Shown piece by piece: positions 27,793 through 36,477 of a DNA stretch of 64,000 nucleotides. A program made the translations under genes and the position numbers. The notes beneath the pieces are model-generated. The model was not told the DNA's origin. It was given only the letters and a program-made list of their open reading frames with translations, and did no database searches. The number at the start of each line of letters is the position of its first letter. The first letter of the stretch is position 1. Source of the stretch: Candidatus Versatilivorator sp. (lineage in GTDB: Bacteria; Acidobacteriota; Terriglobia; Versatilivoradales; Versatilivoraceae); assembly GCA_965198125.1 (NCBI GenBank), contig CBDAOQ010000003.1, positions 3,407,953-3,471,952 on the forward strand. Direction: 5' to 3'.

Positions 27793-28857
27793 CTAGTTCT
27801 TCTTTTTCTCCTCTTGTGCCGAGAAGGTGGTTTTCACTTTGCTGGAGAGGGCCGTGATCATGGTCTTGGCCTCTGCAGCGTGCGACCCCATGGGCTCGAT
27901 CTCCAGATATCTCTGATAGGCCTCGACGGTGCCCGGAGCGGGGATGGTCTGACCATCGTCGGTCACCGTGGCCATGCTGACCAGGGTGACAGCCAACTGG
28001 TACTGGGACTCGGCGTTCTGGGGATCGGCCTTGAGGGATTTCCTGAAGGCCTCTACCGCCTCTTTTAGTCTGCCCGTTTGCACGTACGCCGCCGCAATTC
28101 TGAAATAGGTCCGGGATAGCTGTTTGGGCGCCACTTCGGAGATTTTCTCGACAGCGGCGTAGGCTTCCTTTTCCTTTCCTCCCATGGCAAGAGCTACGGC
28201 CAGGCTGGTTCTGTAAGCGACTTCCGAGTTGGGGTTGGGCTTCTTCTTTGCCAGAGCGGTGAGAGCCATCTGGTAGCTGCCGGCAGCCTGGTCATATTTT
28301 CTCATCTGCCGGTAGGTGTCGCCCAGAAAAGCGTGGATCACATGCTGATCGGGGTCCATCGCGGCAGCCTTCTGGAAGGCCTGGGCGGCCATGGTGAAGT
28401 TCTTTTTCTTGAACATGTCCCGGCCCCGCTGAAACTCCTGATTCAGCTTGGCGTAGGCGGCCTGATTGCCCCCTCCCTCTCCTCCTTTGGAGGTGCGCAG
28501 AGCGATGGGGGGCAGGATGCGGGATTCCTTTCCACCCAGGCAATCGGACTTTGGACTGCAGACGTCGATCGTGTTTTCCCAAACTTTCCTGTCATCGATG
28601 AGCACCGAGACCTTGTATCGTCCGATCGGAATAAAGTAGCGATTGAAACGCCCCTTCTTGTTCGTTTTGGCCTCAATGGGTTTTCCGGCCCTCGTTAAGT
28701 TCTCGAATCTGATGACGGCCTTGTGAACGGGTTTGCCGTCCAGAGAGACGGCCCCTTCAACGGTGCCTCTTTGAGCCAGGGCTTCCGGCGGCTCAGCCAG
28801 AGCGGCAAAGGTCAGTACCAGGCCACAGGCCAGAAAATATTTCCAATGTTTCCTCAT
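27793..28857 (-). CDS. secreted carboxypeptidase-regulatory-like + TPR repeat protein
   Basis: Signal peptide MRKHWKYFLACGLVLTFAALA. Multiple TPR-like repeats (AYAKLNQEF, AFQKAAAMDP, YRTSLAVAL...). Start trimmed from the ORF-track 488-aa call. Confidence 0.7.
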   Translation of the reverse strand: MRKHWKYFLACGLVLTFAALAEPPEALAQRGTVEGAVSLDGKPVHKAVIRFENLTRAGKPIEAKTNKKGRFNRYFIPIGRYKVSVLIDDRKVWENTIDVCSPKSDCLGGKESRILPPIALRTSKGGEGGGNQAAYAKLNQEFQRGRDMFKKKNFTMAAQAFQKAAAMDPDQHVIHAFLGDTYRQMRKYDQAAGSYQMALTALAKKKPNPNSEVAYRTSLAVALAMGGKEKEAYAAVEKISEVAPKQLSRTYFRIAAAYVQTGRLKEAVEAFRKSLKADPQNAESQYQLAVTLVSMATVTDDGQTIPAPGTVEAYQRYLEIEPMGSHAAEAKTMITALSSKVKTTFSAQEEKKKN

Positions 28858-29098
28858 GGGAACCTCCAGGGTCATCTCCTCAGGGGATGGGGCGCGGTTG
28901 CCGTTACGGAACCGGGACGTCGGTCTGGAAAATTGCGCCAACGATAGGAGTTCAAGCACCTTTGAATTATACGCCAGGGGGCCTGGTGCTGCCACCCTTT
29001 CTTCAGCGGCCGCGGGTTGGCGCTCGCTTGCATTGACGAAGAAACCGGTCCCTGGGTTTCGGAAAGGAGGGAATGAATGAGGAGGCGGTTTCAGCCAA

Positions 29099-30220
29099 CT
29101 AGCTGCTGGCCGCTGGCTTTGGAGAGAACTGGCGGTGAAGGGCGGGCATGACCTCCGAGGCGAACAACTCCAGGCTGTGGAGGTGCCGCGCTTTGTCGTC
29201 CCAATCGTGAGCCACCAGCACCAGCGTGCCGAAGGGTCCCACCTCCTGGCGCAGCTCAACGATCTGACGGGTCACCTCTTCGGGATCGCCGGCAATGACG
29301 ACCTCGTTCATGAAGTAGTCGAGGTTGCAATCGGCGTCGTCCATCTCCGGGTTTCGCCGAAACAGCTTCAGTTCGCCCGCGAACTTCCGGGTAAAGGTCA
29401 GGATGTATTCGATGGTCCAGCCCAGCGTATTTGCGCGCGCCAGGCGTCGGGCTTCCGACGTCGAGTCGGCCACGAAGATGTTGGCCGCAACCTTCCAGTT
29501 CTGAGGTTGGGGTTCCCGCCCGGCCTGTTGAGCCGCTTGGCTGTAGGTGATCCAGTGATCCTTCAGCACCTCGCGATGGAGCATATGGTGGCTGAAGGGC
29601 TGAAAGCCCCGGGCGCCGGCCATTTTGACCGTTCCCGAACCGCGGCTCATGCAGGGCACCGCGATGGGGGGATGGGGGAGCTGGAAGGGCCGGTGAACCA
29701 CTCCGGTACCCAGCTCTGCCGAAACACTCTCCTTCAGACTGTAGTCCCAGAATGCCCCCGTCATCTCCCGAGGCGGCCTCTCCCCCCAGAGTTTCAGGAT
29801 CATGTCGATGGATTCGGCGACCATGGCCCCGCTGCGCTTGGGGTCGACGTTGTGGACTTCCAGGTCGGAGGGAACCGCACCCGGCCCGAAGCAGAGGTTG
29901 AGCCGTCCCTTGCAGAGGTGGTCCAGGAAAGCCAGACGCCCGGCAACCTGGGCCGGGTGGTGGTACTGAAGGCAAATGGGCGCCGGTCCCAAGCGGATCC
30001 TTTCGGTCAGGGTAAAGGCTTTGGCCAGAAAGATCTCCGGCATGACGATGTTTTCGTAGCTGGATGTGTGGTGCTCGCCCACCCAGAACTCCTCGAATCC
30101 CCACTCCTCGCAGCGGCCGATCAGCTCCAGATCCTCGTCGTAGCACTGGGCCTTGGGCTTGGCCGGGTTGTGGATGGGCATCAGGAACATGCCGTATTTC
30201 AGGGATTGATCGGGACTCAT
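29099..30220 (-). CDS. LLM class flavin-dependent oxidoreductase (luciferase-like monooxygenase)
   Basis: MFLMPIHNPAKP...FEEFWVGEHH N-terminus typical of LLM family; 373 aa. Confidence 0.8.
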   Translation of the reverse strand: MSPDQSLKYGMFLMPIHNPAKPKAQCYDEDLELIGRCEEWGFEEFWVGEHHTSSYENIVMPEIFLAKAFTLTERIRLGPAPICLQYHHPAQVAGRLAFLDHLCKGRLNLCFGPGAVPSDLEVHNVDPKRSGAMVAESIDMILKLWGERPPREMTGAFWDYSLKESVSAELGTGVVHRPFQLPHPPIAVPCMSRGSGTVKMAGARGFQPFSHHMLHREVLKDHWITYSQAAQQAGREPQPQNWKVAANIFVADSTSEARRLARANTLGWTIEYILTFTRKFAGELKLFRRNPEMDDADCNLDYFMNEVVIAGDPEEVTRQIVELRQEVGPFGTLVLVAHDWDDKARHLHSLELFASEVMPALHRQFSPKPAASS

Positions 30221-30782
30221 GGTGGATTCCTCACTGGATGGAAACGGTCGCGGCCCCCGGCGTCACAGGCTCCGCCGGGCCCTCCGGAACGTCACCCGGG
30301 CAGGGTGTTCACGATCGTGGCAACCGGAGTGATGGTGATTGAAAGGATGCTGAAACTCCAGGTCCGAGAATGGCTGCAAAGGCGTTCGAACCCCTGCGAC
30401 ATCCGCGCTCCGATTGGACTGAGGAGGTTCCCGAAGGCGTGCTTGCGGGGTGCTTGCCGTATGTCAAAGGCCGTTGGTGAAGGGGACTCGGATTCCCCTG
30501 CTGCAAGACCGGAAACATATATTCAACCCCGGATAGAGTCAATCTCAAAAAGGGATGTCGATTGGCATGATTCTTGGGGACAGGCTGTGTTTACGGACCG
30601 GACACAATCGCGTCGTTCGGTCGAATCCCGGGAATCACCGGTCCGGACAGTTCTCCCAGCGCCGCGGTTTTCTCTTGGTGTTGTCCTGAGACTTCGACTA
30701 AATTAGGTGGCTGATCCGCATCCATGAGGCCGGGCCTCCGCCAGACCCGGGAACGCCGACATCGAAGGGAGAAGAATCGAAG

Positions 30783-32057
30783 ATGCCCAACGGGAACTGC
30801 TACACCGACGACTGGAAACGGACCAACCCCGACTATGCGGTCTATCTGCAGGAGGCTCCGGGGGAACGCGACGAGTATTCCGACCACATTCACGTCTTTT
30901 ACACGCCTGGGGGCGATCTCATGTGCATGTGGACTCAGGGCTCCCATGAGAGTTCCCCCGACCTGCGGGTGGTTTGTTCGCGCAGCCGGGATGGTGGGAA
31001 GACCTGGTCCCCGATTCTTGCCATTGACGAGCCCAAGTACAAGAACATGGTGCCGGCCCTGGGATTCCCCCTGATCAGCCGCACGGGCCGGATGTACTGT
31101 CTCTACAACCAGCACCTGGGTTACGGCGACGGGGGACTTTACTCCGGGCCCCTGCGGGTGAAATATTCCGATGACGACGGTCACACCTGGGTCGCCAGTG
31201 GGGTGGATCTCCCCTGGCGGCGGACCCGTTTCGACCACCCCGACCCCAAGGTCCATCCCAGTGGGATCATCTGGCAGCAGCCCATCCGGGACGCCAAGGA
31301 CCGGGTGATGGTGGGATTCACCCGCTGGAGCAGTCGGATGGCTTATCCCCGTCCCATTGGGGGGAATCGAAACCATTCTGACAGCGGCATCGAGTTCATG
31401 CGTTTCGAAAACGTGGATGAGGGCCCCCACCCCAGGGACCTGAAAATCACCTGGCTGCCGGACGAGGCAGGAACCGTTCGGGTCTCGCCCAACATCGAGC
31501 CCGAGCACTCCCGCGGCTACAGCCTGGCTCAGGAGCCGGGGCTGGTGCTTCTGCCGGACGGGCGATTGTTTACCACCATGAGGACCGTGACCGGCTACAT
31601 CTGGTACACCGTTTCCGATGACCACGGCCACAGCTGGCGCCCCACCCAACCCATGCGCTTTCGAGACAACGGCGCCAAGGTCGAGCACCCCAAGTCGCCC
31701 GAGCCCCTCTACCGCCTGGCAGACGGCCGTTACCTGTTCTTCTTCCACAACCACTCCGGCTACCGGGACGGGGCCACCGGTCCCTGGGACATGGACGCCC
31801 GCCGGCCTGTCTACATCACGGTGGGAGAATTTCGCCCCCAGGCGGAACAGCCTCTGTGGTTCAGCGAGCCCAAGTTTCTCTTCGACACCCAGAAGGTCAC
31901 TTGCGGAGTAACCCGGCTCTGGTGGCTGGCCATGTATGCCAGCCTGACCGAGCGGGGCGGCCAGCGCACCTTCTGGTACGCCGACCGCAAGCAGTTTGTC
32001 CTTGGAAAGAACATCACCGACGAAATGCTGGCCGGAATGAAGGCCCCGGAGGCTTAA
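30783..32057 (+). CDS. BNR-repeat glycoside hydrolase (exo-alpha-sialidase-like)
   Basis: BNR/Asp-box motifs SRSRDGGKTW, SDDDGHTW and SDDHGHSW. Confidence 0.7.
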   Translation: MPNGNCYTDDWKRTNPDYAVYLQEAPGERDEYSDHIHVFYTPGGDLMCMWTQGSHESSPDLRVVCSRSRDGGKTWSPILAIDEPKYKNMVPALGFPLISRTGRMYCLYNQHLGYGDGGLYSGPLRVKYSDDDGHTWVASGVDLPWRRTRFDHPDPKVHPSGIIWQQPIRDAKDRVMVGFTRWSSRMAYPRPIGGNRNHSDSGIEFMRFENVDEGPHPRDLKITWLPDEAGTVRVSPNIEPEHSRGYSLAQEPGLVLLPDGRLFTTMRTVTGYIWYTVSDDHGHSWRPTQPMRFRDNGAKVEHPKSPEPLYRLADGRYLFFFHNHSGYRDGATGPWDMDARRPVYITVGEFRPQAEQPLWFSEPKFLFDTQKVTCGVTRLWWLAMYASLTERGGQRTFWYADRKQFVLGKNITDEMLAGMKAPEA

Positions 32058-32062
32058 GGTTC

Positions 32063-33931
32063 ATGAACATGAAGAAGATACGGATGAGAAATCAGGTGCC
32101 GTTCGGGTGGCTGGCAGTACTGCTCCTTTCAGCCGCCATTCTCTGGAGCGGTTGTTCAGTGGCGCCTCCTCCCGGAGAGCAACCCGCGGCCGGTATTTCC
32201 GACGCGGATTCGGAGGCCAACGCCATCTATCTGACCGACCTGGAGAAGTGCCAGCCGGCTTCCGCCCTGGCCAGTGAATGGAAACATGGCACCTGGCGGC
32301 TGCTCTCCTACGCCACCGATTCCTTCAGTGGCAACCTGCTGTTGGCCGCCGAGGACAACCAGCCACCTGAAATCACCTATCCGCTGCAGCGGGAAGGATG
32401 GCACCGGATCTACATCGGCATCTACCGCGAACCGTTCACCGGCCCCAGACGGGTTCGGGTCCGCCTGAGCCACGACCAGGCCTTCGCCACCCTGACGGGG
32501 CTCGAGGGGGCCAAGGACCATCAGGAGCATTTTATCGATGATATCTTCTGGAAGGAAGCCGACCTCACCGGTAGGGACATCGTTTTTAAGCAGATCATCG
32601 AGCCCATGGCGGTGCACGCCTGGGTAGCTTACATCAAGCTAGTGCCCCTCACTGAGAAGCAGGTGCGATCCATCCAGACTGACCGTCGTCGTAAGGACAC
32701 TAAGAGACTGTTCATCCATAACGACGCCGGAGTGATCAATCGCAGCGGAACCGAGCAGGAAATCCGGGATCAACTGGAACCGTTGCGCCATTCCGACGTG
32801 GCCCGGGTCTACTGGGAGTTCGGTACCGGCGACCGCGCCAAGCGTTTCTCCAAGATCGCCCGGGACCACTCGCTGGATTTGACCCGAGCGGCAGGGGGCC
32901 GTCCCTTCTTTACCAGCCCCGGCGGCCGCTGGTGGGCCGAGAGCTGGAAGGCCTACCACCAGAACGGGGTGGACCCCTTTCTGGTGGCTGCCGAGTACGC
33001 CCGCCAGTTGGGAGTAGAGTTCCATGCCTCCTACCGTCCCGGGGGCTTCATCTACCCGGCTAACTATGGTCCGGCGCTTCCTGGCGTCAGCTTTTATGAA
33101 CAGCACCCGGAATTGGTTTGTATGACTCGCGAGGGCAAACCCATGCCCCGTATCTCCTATGCCTTCCCCGAGACTCGGCGCTATGTGTTGTCGCTCTATC
33201 GTGAAGTGGCCACAGAAAATCCTATCGACGGAGTGGCGGTTCTCTACAATCGCCGCCCACCGCTGGTGGCCTACGAGGCGCCGGTGGTTGAAGGGTTTCA
33301 GAAAGAGTACGGCCTGGACCCGCGCCAGCTTCCGGAGAATGATCCTCGCTTCATGCGCCACCGTTCACAGTTCCTGACCCAGTTCATGAGAGAGCTGCGG
33401 GCCGAGCTGGACCAGATAGCTCGAGAGCTGAAGAGGGAGACGCCCTTCGAGATCACAGCTGTTGTTTCCAATGGCGAAGAAAACCTGTTGTTAGGGATGG
33501 ACCTGGCCACCTGGGTTGAGGAAGGTCTGGTGGATTTGATCATCCCCTATTCCTCGGTCGAGCGGATAGGAGCCTATGGAAATAAAGTTGGCCCAAACAC
33601 ATGGGACGGCGAACCCAGCTGGGAGGACCCCGAGGATGTGGAGTGGTTTGTCTCTCTGGTCAAGGGCACCCGAACCCGGGTGGCCCTGAACATGATGCCG
33701 CGGTTCCTGACGAAGGAGGCTCAATACCGCAAGGCACACCAGCTCTACGAGGCCGGGGTGGAGAACCTCTTCTTCTGGGACGGGACCCACAGAGTGCGCA
33801 ATGTTCTGCGGTTGGGACACCGGGAAGAGGTGTCTGACTGGATGGCTTCGGGTCAGCCTCCCTTCCGACCCACCGCCCTAAGGGTTTGGGAGCTGGGGGG
33901 ATGGGATCTGCACACGGAAACCCCCGGGTAA
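32063..33931 (+). CDS. hypothetical lipoprotein (possibly glycan-active, co-located with the sialidase-like gene)
   Basis: Signal peptide plus lipobox LWSGCS; 622 aa. In-frame with ORF-track 31856 but starts at MNMKK. Confidence 0.55.
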   Translation: MNMKKIRMRNQVPFGWLAVLLLSAAILWSGCSVAPPPGEQPAAGISDADSEANAIYLTDLEKCQPASALASEWKHGTWRLLSYATDSFSGNLLLAAEDNQPPEITYPLQREGWHRIYIGIYREPFTGPRRVRVRLSHDQAFATLTGLEGAKDHQEHFIDDIFWKEADLTGRDIVFKQIIEPMAVHAWVAYIKLVPLTEKQVRSIQTDRRRKDTKRLFIHNDAGVINRSGTEQEIRDQLEPLRHSDVARVYWEFGTGDRAKRFSKIARDHSLDLTRAAGGRPFFTSPGGRWWAESWKAYHQNGVDPFLVAAEYARQLGVEFHASYRPGGFIYPANYGPALPGVSFYEQHPELVCMTREGKPMPRISYAFPETRRYVLSLYREVATENPIDGVAVLYNRRPPLVAYEAPVVEGFQKEYGLDPRQLPENDPRFMRHRSQFLTQFMRELRAELDQIARELKRETPFEITAVVSNGEENLLLGMDLATWVEEGLVDLIIPYSSVERIGAYGNKVGPNTWDGEPSWEDPEDVEWFVSLVKGTRTRVALNMMPRFLTKEAQYRKAHQLYEAGVENLFFWDGTHRVRNVLRLGHREEVSDWMASGQPPFRPTALRVWELGGWDLHTETPG

Positions 33932-33963
33932 GGACCGGCTCCGCCCGGGCCTAAACCGGTAAC

Positions 33964-34240
33964 GTCTTCGTTTCGTGTCCCTTGGTGGATTTCTTTTCCC
34001 CCTAGTGTCTTTCTTCGTGGCCCTTTACGGATCCCTTTCGAGTCTTTTCCAACCCCTTGGAGTCCCTTGGCGGATTCATCTTTTTGTCCCCTTGACAGAT
34101 CCTTTGGCGCCCTTGATGGAAATCTTTTCCCTTCCCGACCATTGGCGGATCCCTTTGAGTCTTCTCCAACCCCTTAGTGGCCCTTCGTCGTCCTTCGTGG
34201 CCCTTCGTGGATAACTCTTTTTTCCGTTGTTTCAGGCACG
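33964..34240. repeat. about 280-bp arm repeat (copy 3), abutting the stop of the minus-strand gene at 34266
   Basis: CCCTTGGTGGATTTCTTTTCC...CCTTAGTGGCCCTTCGTCGTCCTTCGTGGCCCTTCGTGGATAACTCTTTTTTCCGTTGTTTCAGGCACG. Confidence 0.7.
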
Positions 34241-34265
34241 ATTTGGGAAAGGTTCCCTCGGCCGG

Positions 34266-35648
34266 TCAGGGCTTCGCCTGCCGGTCCAGCCGGATCAGCG
34301 TCTGCAGCAGCAGGTTGGCTCCGTTGGCGACGTCCCGCGGGCGGGTGTATTCTTGCGGCGAGTGGCTGATTCCTCCCACGCTGGGAACGAAGATCAGGGC
34401 CGAAGGAGCGATGCGGGCCATATTCTGGGCGTCGTGGGCGGCCCCGCTGGGCAGCCGGGCGTAGCTCAGCCCCATGGCTTCGGCCGCTTCCCGGATCACC
34501 TCCTGCAACTTCGGGTCGGTCAGGGTCGGCTCCACCCCGATGTCGATTTCCTTGAACTCGATCCCGGTGTTTGTTTCCTGTTCGATGAGTCGCGCCTGGC
34601 GCCGAATTTCCTCGAAGACCTGATCCAGCTTGGGTCCTGCGAGATCGCGCAGCTCCAGGCTCAGCTCCACCCGTCCGGGGATGACGTTGGGAGCTCCCGG
34701 CTCGGCCGTGATGCGCCCCACCGTGGCCACCTGCCTTCCGGGCAGGCTTGTGGCGGCCTGGTTCACCCCGATCACCAGCTTGGCCGCCGCCAGCAGGGCA
34801 TCCCGGCGGGCGTTCATGGGTGTGGTTCCCGCGTGGTTGGCAAAACCCTTAACGGTCACGTCCCACCAGCGGATGCCCACGAATCCCTCCGCAATGCCGA
34901 TGTCGGTCCCCTCCGACTCCAGGCTGCCGCCCTGCTCGATGTGCAGCTCCAGGTAGGCCTTCACCTCTCCAGGGCGGCGGACGGCCCGGGAGACTCGGTC
35001 GGCATTCCCTCCCAGGGCTGCAATCCCCTGCCGTATGGACATTCCGCTGCGGCTGGATTCGTCCAGGGCCTGGGCGTTGAGCCGGCCCGACAGGGCGCGG
35101 CTGCCGGTCATTCCTCCTTCTTCGTTGGCAAAGACAATGACTTCCAGCGGATGTCGGGTCCGGATTCCATGCCCCTCCAGCACCTGGACACACTCGATGG
35201 CCGCCATCACTCCCAGCACTCCGTCATAGTGGCCGGCCAGAGGCACGGTGTCGATGTGGGACCCCAGCACTATGGCGGGGCGCACGGGTTGGCGTCCCGG
35301 CCGGCGGCCCGACAGGTTGCCGGCGTGGTCGACCCGAACTTGCAAGCCAGCCTCCTGCATTATCCGGGTCACATACTCCCGGCCGCGGAGGTCGGCCTCG
35401 GTGAAAGCCAGCCGGGTCACTCCCTGGGGAGTCCCTCCGATGCGGGCCAGCCGGTCGATGCGTTCCTGGAGGCGTTCCGCATTGACCCGGAGGGTCGGCG
35501 GCTCTCCGGATTCGGCCCCGTACAGAGGCCATGCGAGCAGCAGCAAGCCGAGGGTCAGGCAGCAGAGGTCGGGCAACCTGTTGATTTCGGATGGCTGCAC
35601 GGGCTTCTCCCGGATTGGGCTGATTCCGCTGGCTGTCGAATTTCCCAC
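34266..35648 (-). CDS. M20-family Zn-dependent amidohydrolase (allantoate amidohydrolase / N-carbamoyl-amino-acid hydrolase-like) with signal peptide
   Basis: N-terminal TM/signal helix. Conserved M20/AllC-type regions HIDTV, ANEEGG and the dimerization domain; 460 aa. Confidence 0.8.
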   Translation of the reverse strand: MGNSTASGISPIREKPVQPSEINRLPDLCCLTLGLLLLAWPLYGAESGEPPTLRVNAERLQERIDRLARIGGTPQGVTRLAFTEADLRGREYVTRIMQEAGLQVRVDHAGNLSGRRPGRQPVRPAIVLGSHIDTVPLAGHYDGVLGVMAAIECVQVLEGHGIRTRHPLEVIVFANEEGGMTGSRALSGRLNAQALDESSRSGMSIRQGIAALGGNADRVSRAVRRPGEVKAYLELHIEQGGSLESEGTDIGIAEGFVGIRWWDVTVKGFANHAGTTPMNARRDALLAAAKLVIGVNQAATSLPGRQVATVGRITAEPGAPNVIPGRVELSLELRDLAGPKLDQVFEEIRRQARLIEQETNTGIEFKEIDIGVEPTLTDPKLQEVIREAAEAMGLSYARLPSGAAHDAQNMARIAPSALIFVPSVGGISHSPQEYTRPRDVANGANLLLQTLIRLDRQAKP

Positions 35649-35943
35649 AGGAGCCGTGGACTCCTGTGGCAGCCATCATACCCGATGCGGGGAGATCGGG
35701 ATCACCAACAGGCGTTTTGCCGGCCTCGGGAGGAGCGTCGGGAGGGCGGTAAGCCTTGCAACAACCGGATCACGCAATTATACTGGCTCCGTCCTCGAAG
35801 ACTCCCTCTCCACATGGACCGTTTGTGGGCTGCTCCTTTCCCTGCGACCGTTGCAAGCCCTGCAGACAATTGGGGACCGGCGCTCCGCTTCCAACCGGCA
35901 GCAGGATTGAACGGTGAGCAGCTGGAACACCAAGTGAGATCCG

Positions 35944-36354
35944 TTGGAGCCAAAGAAAGGAGAGGGAACTCCCATGAGCATCATGGTCACGGAGGTTTAT
36001 CAGGCGCTTGTCGATGCGGGAGCGTCAGAGGAAAAAGCCCGAGCGGCGGCAGAAGCGATTCCCGACATGTCGGATCTAGCGAAAAAAAATGACGTAGCCG
36101 AACTTCGGTCCGAGTTGAAGCAGGATATCGCTGATCTTCGGGCCGAGCTGAATCAGGACATCGCCGAACTTCGGTCCGAGCTGAAGCAGGACATTGCCGA
36201 ACTTCGGTCCGAGCTGAAGCAGGACATTGCCGAACTTCGGTCCGAGCTGAAGCAGGACATTGTTGGGCTGAAGGCCGATCTGTACAAGCACATGTGGCTC
36301 ATGCAGGGGGCAACCATCCTTGCCATCGTCGGAATCTTGAAACTCCTGCCTTGA
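35944..36354 (+). CDS. DUF1640-like coiled-coil protein with C-terminal TM helix and expanded 11-aa tandem repeat
   Basis: VYQALVDAGASEEKARAAAEAI...; (DIAELRSELKQ)x4; C-terminal LMQGATILAIVGILKLLP. Confidence 0.55.
   Translation: MEPKKGEGTPMSIMVTEVYQALVDAGASEEKARAAAEAIPDMSDLAKKNDVAELRSELKQDIADLRAELNQDIAELRSELKQDIAELRSELKQDIAELRSELKQDIVGLKADLYKHMWLMQGATILAIVGILKLLP
36105..36270 (+). repeat. 33-bp in-frame tandem repeat (GCCGAACTTCGGTCCGAGCTGAAGCAGGACATT), about 5 copies with 3 perfect
   Basis: Direct inspection. The repeat encodes AELRSELKQDI units inside the DUF1640-like CDS. Confidence 0.85.
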
Positions 36355-36477
36355 TTGCAACGGCTCCGTTACGTGAACTCGTACGGGCCAAGCCCTCAGA
36401 CGCGCATCATCCGGCAACGACCTGCGATACCGGGTCCCGAGTCCCGGCACGTTCCTTCCCCGGAATCATGGCAACCG

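Noticed and set aside
30600-30680. tRNA-like T-loop motif (GGTCGAATCCC) in the 30.2-30.8 kb intergenic region
   Set aside because: No acceptor, D or anticodon arms could be built around it on either strand. Most likely coincidental.
34227-36092. 621-aa plus-strand ORF
   Set aside because: Antisense to the M20 amidohydrolase gene and runs through an intergenic region. Low-complexity composition.
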